A stretch of 34,180 nucleotides of DNA from Candidatus Methylomirabilia bacterium (GTDB lineage: Bacteria; Methylomirabilota; Methylomirabilia; Rokubacteriales; CSP1-6). Location: NCBI GenBank assembly GCA_041492755.1, contig JBGPXN010000035.1:1-34180 (forward strand), written 5' to 3'. The notes under the pieces were generated by a model that had not been told where the DNA came from, did not search any database, and saw nothing but the letters and a program-made list of their open reading frames with translations. Made by a program: the position numbers and the translations under genes. This document shows positions 8,612 to 16,432 of the stretch, in pieces; position 1 is the first letter of the stretch; each line of letters starts with the position of its first letter.

Positions 8612-10137
8612 TTCCGTCCCTCGGTCGCCAGCAGACGGTCAGCCTCGAGCGGGCCCCACGTTCCCGCTTCGTATTCCGGCAGGAAGCGCGTCCGGCTCGA
8701 CTCCCAGGCGTCGAGGATGCCCCCGACCCATTTCCACGACTCCTCCACCGCGTCACGCCGCATGAACAGCGTGGCGTCGCCCGCCATCACGTCGAGGATG
8801 AGCCGCTCGTACGCTTCCGGCGAGCTGTCGCCGAAGGTGGCGCCGTAGTGGAAGTCCATCTTGACCGGATAGATGCGCACCTTCGGTCCCGGCAGCTTGG
8901 AGCAGAGGCGCAGCGAGAATCCCTCGTCGGGCTGGATGCGAATGGTGAGCACGTTGGCGTCCAGCGGCGCGTCGCCATCCGTGTTGAACAGGATCTGGGG
9001 CACGTTCTTGAAGTAGACCGCCGCCTCGCTCGCGCGCTTGGGCAGCCGCTTGCCCGTGCGGAGGTAGAACGGCACGCCCGCCCATCGCCAGTTGTCGATG
9101 TAGCACTTGAAAGCGACGTACGTCTCGGTGGTCGAGTCCCGCTTGACGCCGTCCTCGCGCCGGTAGTTGGGCACCTCTTCGCCGTGGTGGAAGCCCTGAC
9201 CGTACTGCGCCCGCACCACGTTGCGGTCGACGTCGGCGCCCCGGATGGGGCGGAGGCAGCGCAGCACCTCGAGCTTGGCGTCACGCACGGTCTCTGGATC
9301 GAGCGACCACGGCGGCTCCATGGTGATCATCGAGAACACCTGGAGGATGTGGTTCTGGACCATGTCGCGCAGCGCGCCCGCGTCCTCGTAGTAGCCGGCG
9401 CGGGTGCCCACGCCTTCTTCCTCGGCCACCGTCAGCTGCACGTGGTCGATGAACTTGGAGTTCCAGAGGGGCTCCAGGATCGAGTTGGCGAAGCGCAGGA
9501 CGAGGATGTTCTGGACGGTCTCCTTGCCGAGGTAGTGGTCGATGCGGAAGGTCTGGCTCTCGTCGAAGGAGTCCGCCAGGGCGGCGTTGATGGCGCGCGC
9601 CGATTCCAGGTCGTGACCGATCGGCTTCTCCACGATCACGCGTGCAATCGGCCCGTCCTCGGGGTCGGTGACGAAGCCGTGCTGGTGCAGCCGCCGGACG
9701 CACGTGCTGATGACCCGGGGTGGGATCGAGAGATAGAACACCCGGTTGCCCGGGATGCCGAGCTCGCTCTCGACCTTCTCCAGCCGCCGGCGCAGCTCCT
9801 CGTAGGCGGCGGGGTCGTCGAAGTCGCCGGAGACGTAGAACAGCCGCTGCGCGTACTCGGCGAAGCGCTCTTCGTCCAGCGGCCGGCGCGAGAAGCGTTC
9901 GATACCCTGCCGGGCCAGGGCCCGGAAGCCGGCGTCGTCGTTGTCGTGGCGGGCGAAGCCGACCAGGGCGTAGTTCGCGGGCAGGACGCCGTCCAGCATG
10001 AGGTTGTAGACGGCGGGGATGAGCTTGCGCGTGCTGAGATCGCCCGTGCCGCCGAAGATCACCAGCGTCGACGGCTGGGGGATCAGATTGCGGGCGAGTC
10101 CCGAGGTCAGCGGATTGTGGACGCCGACTTCCGCCAT
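8596..10137 (-). CDS. zwf: Glucose-6-phosphate 1-dehydrogenase
   Basis: Motifs IFGGTGDLS, EKPIG, RIDHYLGKETVQN, RDMVQNH and RWAGVPFYLRTGK. ATG 10137 is preferred (the ORF extends to 10185). Confidence 0.97.
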   Translation of the reverse strand: MAEVGVHNPLTSGLARNLIPQPSTLVIFGGTGDLSTRKLIPAVYNLMLDGVLPANYALVGFARHDNDDAGFRALARQGIERFSRRPLDEERFAEYAQRLFYVSGDFDDPAAYEELRRRLEKVESELGIPGNRVFYLSIPPRVISTCVRRLHQHGFVTDPEDGPIARVIVEKPIGHDLESARAINAALADSFDESQTFRIDHYLGKETVQNILVLRFANSILEPLWNSKFIDHVQLTVAEEEGVGTRAGYYEDAGALRDMVQNHILQVFSMITMEPPWSLDPETVRDAKLEVLRCLRPIRGADVDRNVVRAQYGQGFHHGEEVPNYRREDGVKRDSTTETYVAFKCYIDNWRWAGVPFYLRTGKRLPKRASEAAVYFKNVPQILFNTDGDAPLDANVLTIRIQPDEGFSLRLCSKLPGPKVRIYPVKMDFHYGATFGDSSPEAYERLILDVMAGDATLFMRRDAVEESWKWVGGILDAWESSRTRFLPEYEAGTWGPLEADRLLATEGRKWRTL

Positions 10138-10159
10138 GCCGCCGCCGGGGCTCGCCCTC

Positions 10160-10876
10160 TCACTTCTCTTTCCGGGTGAGCTCACGGATCTCGCCGCCCT
10201 CGGCGACGATGATCGTGTGGGCCGTCCCGAGAAACAACCCGGTGTCGATGACGCCGGGGATGGCGCGGATCGCGCGCTCGAGGGCGTGAGGATCCGCGAT
10301 GGGGCCGGTACCGCAGTCGACGGTCACGTTGCCGTTGTCGGTGATGAAGGTCCGGTTGCCGTCCTTCCGAACCTCGGGCTTGAGCCCGAGCGCGGCGAGC
10401 CGCGCGCTCACGAAGCCGACGGCGAACGGATTGACCTCCACCGGCAGCTTGCCCTTCGTGCCGAGCGCCGGCACCAGCTTGTCGGAGCCGACGAGGAGGA
10501 TCTGTCGCTTGGAGGCGGCGGCCACGATGCGCTCGCGGACGAGCGCGCCGCCCCAGCCCTTGACGCAGTCGAGGTTCGGATCGACCTCGTCGGCGCCGTC
10601 GACGGTGACGTCGAGCGGCGTCCCGTCGAGCTCGACCAGGGGCAACCCGATCTCGCGGGCCAGGCGGGCGGTCGCTTCCGACGTCGGGACGCAGCGAACG
10701 CGCAGGCCGACGGACTTCACCCGCTCGCCAAGGGCCCTGATGAAGGCGGTGGAGGCGCGGCCGGACCCGAGGCCGACGCCGGCACCGTTACTGACGTACT
10801 TCATCACGTGGTTCGAGACGAGCGCGAGCGCTTCCGGGCCCGAGGCCGACCCCGGCTGTGGCTCTTCCTTCTTCAC
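10160..10876 (-). CDS. rpiA: Ribose-5-phosphate isomerase A
   Basis: Motifs GLGSG, VPTS, DGADEVD, KGWGGALVRERI, ITDNGN and PGVIDTGLF. GTG 10876 follows GGAAAGG. The upstream ORF extension lies in a REP element. Confidence 0.93.
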   Translation of the reverse strand: MKKEEPQPGSASGPEALALVSNHVMKYVSNGAGVGLGSGRASTAFIRALGERVKSVGLRVRCVPTSEATARLAREIGLPLVELDGTPLDVTVDGADEVDPNLDCVKGWGGALVRERIVAAASKRQILLVGSDKLVPALGTKGKLPVEVNPFAVGFVSARLAALGLKPEVRKDGNRTFITDNGNVTVDCGTGPIADPHALERAIRAIPGVIDTGLFLGTAHTIIVAEGGEIRELTRKEK

Positions 10877-10888
10877 GGTCACCTTTCC

Positions 10889-10963
10889 ATGGGGGGCCCC
10901 GATATGGCCCCCCATACCGCCCACGCTCGGGGCGCCCCCGGGGACCCGGGGGCGCCCCTCGAC
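10889..10963. repeat. REP-like double-hairpin element
   Basis: Hairpin ATGGGGGGCC...GGCCCCCCAT, linker ACCGCCCACGCTC, then hairpin GGGGCGCCCCCGGG-GA-CCCGGGGGCGCCCC and TCGA. Confidence 0.75.
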
Positions 10964-11040
10964 TACCGCCGGTGCTCGGGCGCCCGGATACCCGGGAAGC
11001 TCCTCGATTACCCTGCGCTTCTCGTATTGTCCGGTGTCGC

Positions 11041-13740
11041 CTAGTCGCCGCGGGTGCCGGCTTCCGGGTTGCGCGGGAACTTCAGCAGGGGCAGCCGGAT
11101 GCCCCGGACGAACACGCGGTCTGCGCGGATGCGCTCAGCAGGTACGAAGCCGGTAGCGCCCGCAGCGGTGGCGAGGTCGTCCTGCTCGACGCCGTCGCCG
11201 CTGACCCCGAATCCGCCCACGAGCTGTCCATTTTTGTAGAGAGGCAGGGCGCCAGGGAAGAACACGATGCCGCTCTGGTTGAGGTTCGTCGCCTGCAGAC
11301 CTTGGGTGCACGGTGTGGCAACGTCATTGAGGAACGCCTGGAAGAACGGCCCCGGGGGGGTGCCGTCGATGCCGGGCGGGTAGAGGGGTTGGGCGCCAAA
11401 GCTGATCGTGCGGCTGCTGATGGCCGTCCCGAGCGGCACTCCTGGCAAGTCCCCGGGCTGGGCGGTGGGACCGCTGAAATACACCATGTTCCGCGCCTTG
11501 GTGAGCGCCACGTCGATGCTGAAGATGGTTGCGTCGGGCTGCCGGTAGAGCGCCAGGAGATTGCCGGCAAGGTCCGACACCGCGAACACGAACTTCGCGG
11601 GCGTGCCCATGGGCAGCCGAATGGCCGCACGCGTAACGTCGGCCTGACCGATCGCTTGCTGGACGATCCGGTCCACCTCGGTCGAGTTGATCTCGGCGCT
11701 CCCGCGCGGACCGATCAGATAGCCTTCGGGCACGCCCCCCGCGCCGAGCGGGGTGGTGATCGGACCGAAGACGTAGCTGCCCGTGGCGGTCCCGGGGACG
11801 GTCCCGCGGGGCTGCGTGGTGTTCACCACGAACGGAAGGCGAAGGCCGTCCAGGTAGATTGCGCCGGGGTTCGCCGGCCGCGGACCGAACTCGCCGCCGG
11901 GCGAGACGCTGCCGACGAGGGCCGCGTACTCGGCCTGGTCGACGCTGACGCCGCTCACGCCGATGCCACCCACGACCTGGCCGTTCTTGAAGATCGGCAC
12001 GCCGCCGCCGTTGACCGAGAAACCATCGGTGTCCTGCACGTTGGGCTTCCCCGTGGAGATGCCCAGGCTGCAGCCCCGGCGGTCGCTGCTGTTGCACGGC
12101 AGGCCGTTCAGCGCCTTCGGCGGGTTGATGGTCTTGCCCGCGTTGAAGGGCGCATTGAACTCGCACCCGCGGTTGGTGTTCTCGATGCCGTACAGCGCCG
12201 CGTTCGGCTTGCCGCGGATGCCGGGAGGGAAGTGGATGCCGCTGATGAACCGGACGGTCCGCGACGAGAGCGGCGCCTCGTTGTTGCTGAAGAAGGCGCC
12301 CGTGCGCGCCAGGCTCAGCGCCTGCTCGTTGGCGTCGACGGTGTTGCCGAAGTTGCCGGTGACGTTGGCCGGCGCGCCGGGCTTCCGGAACACGCCGAGC
12401 GGGTTGCCCATGCGGTCGACCACGGCGATGACCATCGACGTGGAGTTGATCGACGCGACGGCACCCAGGATGGCCGCGTTCACGTCCCCCGAGGTGAGGA
12501 AGGAGCCGCGATCGAACGCGGTCGCCGCGTCGGAGATGCCCGTGTTGGAGGCCACCTGCTGGCCCGCGAACACCTGCTCGACGGTGGCGTTGTTGACGCC
12601 GAAGTTGGTCGCCCACTGGGTGATCCCGAAGGTGGCGCCGGTGGAAAGGCCGACGAACCAGTCACCCGTGCCCTGGTTGTGGATGGCAGCGTCGGCCATG
12701 CCGTCGCCGTTGAAGTCACCGACGAAGACTTCCTCGACCGCACGCCCGCGCGCGCCGAAGTTCGTGATGAACTGCGACAGCAGGAACGCCGAGCCGGTGG
12801 AGCGGCCGACGTGCCAGTCGCCCGTGTCCGAGTTGTGGATGGCGACGTCGGCCCGCCCGTCGCCGTCGAAGTCGGCCACGAAGACGTTTTCGATCGAGGC
12901 CCCCAGCGTGCCGAATCCCCTCACGAACTGGCTGATCGCGAAGCTCGATCCGTTCGACAGGCCGACGAACCAGTCGCCGGTCTGCGTGTTGTGCACGGCC
13001 ACGTCGGCCTTGCCGTCGCCGTTGAAGTCGCCGACGTACGCGCGCTCGACGGAGGCACCGAGGGTGCCGAAGCCCGTGACGAACCGGCTCACCGCGAAGC
13101 TGGATCCGGTGGACAGGCCCACGTACCAGTCGCCGGTGGTGAGGTCGTGGATGGCCACGTCGGCCTTGCCGTCGCCGTTGAAGTCGCCGACCACGACTTC
13201 CTCGACCCCGCTGCCGCGGTTGCCGAAGTTGGTGGCGAACTGCTGGATCGAGAACCCCGACCCGGTCGAGATGCCGACGAACCACTCGCCGGTCTGCCGG
13301 TTGTGGATGGCGACGTCGGCCTTGCCGTCGCCGTTGAAGTCACCGACGAAGGCCTTCTCCACTCCGGTGCCGCGGTTGCCGAAGCTGGTGGCGAACTGAA
13401 CGATCGAAAAGCCGGTGCCGGTGGAGAGACCGACGTACCAGTCGCCGGTCTGCATGTCGTGGACCGCCGCGTCGGCCCGGCCGTCACCGTTGAAATCGCC
13501 GACGAAGATCTCTTCGACGGAGCCGCCGCGCGTGCCGAAGCCGCTGACGAACAGCTCGATTCCGAACGCGGCGCCGTTCGAGCGACCGACGTACCAGTCG
13601 CCACTCTGACGGTTGTGGACGGCGACGTCGATCTGCCCGTCTCCCGTGAAGTCGCTCGAGACCTGCTGGGCGCCCACGGGCGACGGGCCGGTCGCAAGAG
13701 CGGCCACCATGAGCAGCACGAAAAGGAGACGGAGCATCAT
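11041..13740 (-). CDS. Secreted protein: 7 FG-GAP/VCBS-like repeats fused to two GlcG/HbpS-like (heme-binding) domains
   Basis: Signal peptide ending PVGA-QQ and 7x (G/S/A)DF(N/T/D)GDG..D.A(V/I)H. Two copies of the GlcG pattern: IAVVDRMG...GGGVPIFKNGQVVGGIGVSG and FAVSDLAG...PGALPLYKNGQLVGGFGVSGDGVEQD. Confidence 0.85.
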   Translation of the reverse strand: MMLRLLFVLLMVAALATGPSPVGAQQVSSDFTGDGQIDVAVHNRQSGDWYVGRSNGAAFGIELFVSGFGTRGGSVEEIFVGDFNGDGRADAAVHDMQTGDWYVGLSTGTGFSIVQFATSFGNRGTGVEKAFVGDFNGDGKADVAIHNRQTGEWFVGISTGSGFSIQQFATNFGNRGSGVEEVVVGDFNGDGKADVAIHDLTTGDWYVGLSTGSSFAVSRFVTGFGTLGASVERAYVGDFNGDGKADVAVHNTQTGDWFVGLSNGSSFAISQFVRGFGTLGASIENVFVADFDGDGRADVAIHNSDTGDWHVGRSTGSAFLLSQFITNFGARGRAVEEVFVGDFNGDGMADAAIHNQGTGDWFVGLSTGATFGITQWATNFGVNNATVEQVFAGQQVASNTGISDAATAFDRGSFLTSGDVNAAILGAVASINSTSMVIAVVDRMGNPLGVFRKPGAPANVTGNFGNTVDANEQALSLARTGAFFSNNEAPLSSRTVRFISGIHFPPGIRGKPNAALYGIENTNRGCEFNAPFNAGKTINPPKALNGLPCNSSDRRGCSLGISTGKPNVQDTDGFSVNGGGVPIFKNGQVVGGIGVSGVSVDQAEYAALVGSVSPGGEFGPRPANPGAIYLDGLRLPFVVNTTQPRGTVPGTATGSYVFGPITTPLGAGGVPEGYLIGPRGSAEINSTEVDRIVQQAIGQADVTRAAIRLPMGTPAKFVFAVSDLAGNLLALYRQPDATIFSIDVALTKARNMVYFSGPTAQPGDLPGVPLGTAISSRTISFGAQPLYPPGIDGTPPGPFFQAFLNDVATPCTQGLQATNLNQSGIVFFPGALPLYKNGQLVGGFGVSGDGVEQDDLATAAGATGFVPAERIRADRVFVRGIRLPLLKFPRNPEAGTRGD
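12565..13660 (-). repeat. Seven intragenic tandem repeats with a 156-nt (52-aa) period
   Basis: GCCGTCGCCGTTGAAGTC-like motifs recur at about 12700, 12860, 13010, 13170, 13325, 13480 and 13640. Confidence 0.85.
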
Positions 13741-13745
13741 GGTAT

Positions 13746-15485
13746 CTATTGGCCCTTGACAGCGGTGTGCACTGCGCGCGACGGGCCCGTGCCCGCGGCC
13801 GCCGACCCCGGGCCCTGCACCAGCTGCTTGATCAGGAACGGACCGTTCAAGTCACGGTCCTTCGTCTTGTCGTGGTAGAGGTGGCACTCCACGCACCCGG
13901 CGCGGGCGCCGCCCGAATCCCGGTGGCACTGCTGGCAGGTGACGACGGAGGGCAGGAGCACGTCCGACGTCTTCTCGCTGGTCGTCGCCTTGTGGCATTC
14001 CACGCAGCCGATCGGCCGGTGCACGCCGTGATCGAAGCTGTTGTGGGGCAGCCAGCGCACCGGGATGTTCGTCTTGTGATAGACCGGCAGCGCCTGCTCC
14101 GGGTCGGGTTTGGTGTTACTCGTGTGGCAGTAGAGGCAGCCGCTCGCCCCGTACAGGTTCTTCTCCGCCTTGAGCGACTTGTCCGCCACCCACGGATCGC
14201 TGCTCGGCTTGGCCGCTGGGGCTTCGCCGCCACCACCGCGACGTCCACGCGGTGCCTCCGTCGCTTCCTCGGCGGCCGCGGCCCCCCGCCGTCCGCGCGG
14301 GGCATCGGCCGGCGGCTCTTCGGCGGCCGCGCCGCCGCGCCGGCCCCGTGGGGCATCAGCCGGCGGCTCTTCAGCCGCGCCGCCACCACCGCGGCGTCCG
14401 CGTGGCGCATCCGCCGGTGGCGTTTCTTCCTCGGCTCCGCCCCCCCGCCGTCCGCGCGGGGCATCAGCGGGTGGCGCGGCCTCCGGGCCCTTGGCCAGCT
14501 TGAGCGCCACGCACCGCTCGAAGAGCGCCCGTGTGGCCTCGGGCGCGTCCTTGGCCGGTGGCTTGTCAAAGCTCCCGCACTGACTGCGGGCCTGGCCGTA
14601 GATGCCCCATACGAACGCGCGGACCTGGGCCGGCTCCTTGTGCGGCGCCATCAGGGCCTTGCCGATGTCGTCGTCGAAGGTCAGGGGATGGCAGGCCGCG
14701 CAATGTTTCTCGAAGACGACCGGCTCCATCGATTTCTTCCGCTCGTCGGCCGAATGACAGAACGAGCAGGAGAACTGCAGCTCGTTGCCCTTCTGGAGGA
14801 TGCCCGCGGACCCGCGCTCCTTCTTGAGCTCGTCGAGACCCTTGAGGCCGACCTTCAGGTGCTTGGAATGGTTCAGGTTGACGGCGGCGGTATCGATGAG
14901 CTTCGCCTTCTCGTTGAGGCGAACCCGCGTGACCTTGCCGTCCTTGCCCTTGACGCCCACCGCGAACTCGGGATGGCCGGTGAAGCTGGCGAGCCTCGTC
15001 TCGAAGGCGACGTTCTTGTCCTTGGTCGCGAGGTTCTCGTGGCACTGGGTGCAGTGCTGCCTGCCGATCTCGGCCAGCACCACGTTGCCCTTGTGCTCGA
15101 GGTGGCAGGTGGCGCACGCGGGCGTGAACGTCTCGTTGGCGTGGTGAACGGGGCCCTCGTGGCACTGCTGGCACGTCCGGTCGGAGACCTTGCGGAAGTA
15201 GCCCCGCTGGGCCGCGCTCGGAACTGCGCCCGCCGCCGTCACTTGCAGTCCGGGGCCGTGGCACGCCTCGCACTGGTCGCCGAACATCGCGTGACCATGC
15301 GAGACCGGCCCGCTCGTGTAAGGCTTTTCGTCGCCGCGCCCGGCGTAGATCAGGAGCCATGCGGCCACGCAGAGCGGCGCCAGGACGTTGAGCCACCACT
15401 TGAGGCTCCGGAACGGGTGCGGACGCCTGAAGTAGTCCAGGACGATGCGCTTCGCGCGGATCTTCTGGGTGTACCGGCGCGCCAT
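13746..15485 (-). CDS. Membrane-anchored decaheme cytochrome c (cytochrome c3-like)
   Basis: 10 CXXCH motifs (CEACH, CQQCH, CATCH, CTQCH, CSFCH, CAACH, CLYCH, CVECH, CQQCH, CVECH). Basic N-terminus followed by one TM helix. NHSKH and FDHGVH are candidate distal His ligands. Confidence 0.9.
   Translation of the reverse strand: MARRYTQKIRAKRIVLDYFRRPHPFRSLKWWLNVLAPLCVAAWLLIYAGRGDEKPYTSGPVSHGHAMFGDQCEACHGPGLQVTAAGAVPSAAQRGYFRKVSDRTCQQCHEGPVHHANETFTPACATCHLEHKGNVVLAEIGRQHCTQCHENLATKDKNVAFETRLASFTGHPEFAVGVKGKDGKVTRVRLNEKAKLIDTAAVNLNHSKHLKVGLKGLDELKKERGSAGILQKGNELQFSCSFCHSADERKKSMEPVVFEKHCAACHPLTFDDDIGKALMAPHKEPAQVRAFVWGIYGQARSQCGSFDKPPAKDAPEATRALFERCVALKLAKGPEAAPPADAPRGRRGGGAEEETPPADAPRGRRGGGGAAEEPPADAPRGRRGGAAAEEPPADAPRGRRGAAAAEEATEAPRGRRGGGGEAPAAKPSSDPWVADKSLKAEKNLYGASGCLYCHTSNTKPDPEQALPVYHKTNIPVRWLPHNSFDHGVHRPIGCVECHKATTSEKTSDVLLPSVVTCQQCHRDSGGARAGCVECHLYHDKTKDRDLNGPFLIKQLVQGPGSAAAGTGPSRAVHTAVKGQ
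14225..14474 (-). repeat. Five low-complexity intragenic repeats (PPADAPRGRRGG..EE)
   Basis: Visible in the translation and in the DNA as units of about 51-54 nt, located between heme motifs 6 and 7. Confidence 0.9.
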
Positions 15486-15489
15486 CGGC

Positions 15490-16416
15490 TCAGTACCTCA
15501 ACGCGACCACGGCGTGCACCACCGAGAGGAGGAGCAGCGCCAGGGAGATCGGGACGTGGACGAGGAGCCAGCCGTGCAGCCAGTGGTGCAGCCGCTTCTG
15601 GACGGCGAGCTGCCGCCGCTCGTCGCAGATCGCCTGCAGCTCCTCCACCGTCGGGTGCAGGAGGGGAGGCAGCGTCACGCGCAGATGGGTGAAGAGCGCG
15701 GTGGACGTTTCCGCGGAGTGCAGGCGGCCGTTGCGCGGCAGCTCCTGGCTAAGGAACGGCCGGATGTCGTTGACGTACATCTCCTTCAACACCGCGCTCT
15801 CCGGAAGCGGGGTCACCGTCACCGGCTTCGGCCGCGGCGTGGGCCGGAGCTCGCCATGCTTGAGACCGCCGCCGCCGCGCGGCTCCGTCGGGGCGAGGGC
15901 GTCCGCCACCGGGAGGGGACCGACCGCCGCCGCCACGACGTCGTCCGCCTCGGTGCGGAGCTGCGTGACCACGTTGTCGATCTGCTCGTACACGGTCTCG
16001 AGGGGAACCTTGTCGAGAAGCATCCGCGGCATGTACTGCTGCAGCACGAGACCGAAGATCCCGCTCAGGATCACGACGGTGAAGAGGATCATCAGCACCA
16101 GGGTGACCGGTCCGCCGATCTGAAAACCAGCGTGGTAGACGATGATGGGGTAGCTCACGAGACCGAGATACAGGTGGCCCTTCATCCAGGTGGTGGCGCG
16201 CCCGAGCCGCCACATCGGCACCTTGCGCCGTGCGCCGAGTACGCCCGCGTAGAGCATGAAGGCCAGCCCCACGAAACCGTAGACGAGCCCGAGGAAGGTC
16301 CCCCCGCTCGGTCCGTTCAGCGAGGCCATGTGGTAGGGCACGTAGAAGACCGTGGCCGCCACGAAGATCAGGACGGTCGCGATCAGCCAGCGGCGATGAG
16401 TGGAGTCGAGCAGCAT
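15490..16416 (-). CDS. Integral membrane protein, predicted di-heme b (ferric-reductase/cytochrome b-like)
   Basis: About 5 TM helices, two of which carry H-x13-H pairs (GHLYLGLVSYPIIVYH and VHVPISLALLLLSVVH). Confidence 0.75.
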   Translation of the reverse strand: MLLDSTHRRWLIATVLIFVAATVFYVPYHMASLNGPSGGTFLGLVYGFVGLAFMLYAGVLGARRKVPMWRLGRATTWMKGHLYLGLVSYPIIVYHAGFQIGGPVTLVLMILFTVVILSGIFGLVLQQYMPRMLLDKVPLETVYEQIDNVVTQLRTEADDVVAAAVGPLPVADALAPTEPRGGGGLKHGELRPTPRPKPVTVTPLPESAVLKEMYVNDIRPFLSQELPRNGRLHSAETSTALFTHLRVTLPPLLHPTVEELQAICDERRQLAVQKRLHHWLHGWLLVHVPISLALLLLSVVHAVVALRY

Positions 16417-16432
16417 GCGTGTTCCGCCCGCG

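Noticed and set aside
10858..13878. 1006-aa plus-strand ORF with repeats
   Set aside because: Antisense mirror of the FG-GAP/GlcG gene.
12565..14474. Periodic repeats considered as a CRISPR array
   Set aside because: Both arrays are in-frame coding repeats with synonymous variation and no unique spacers, and no cas genes are present.
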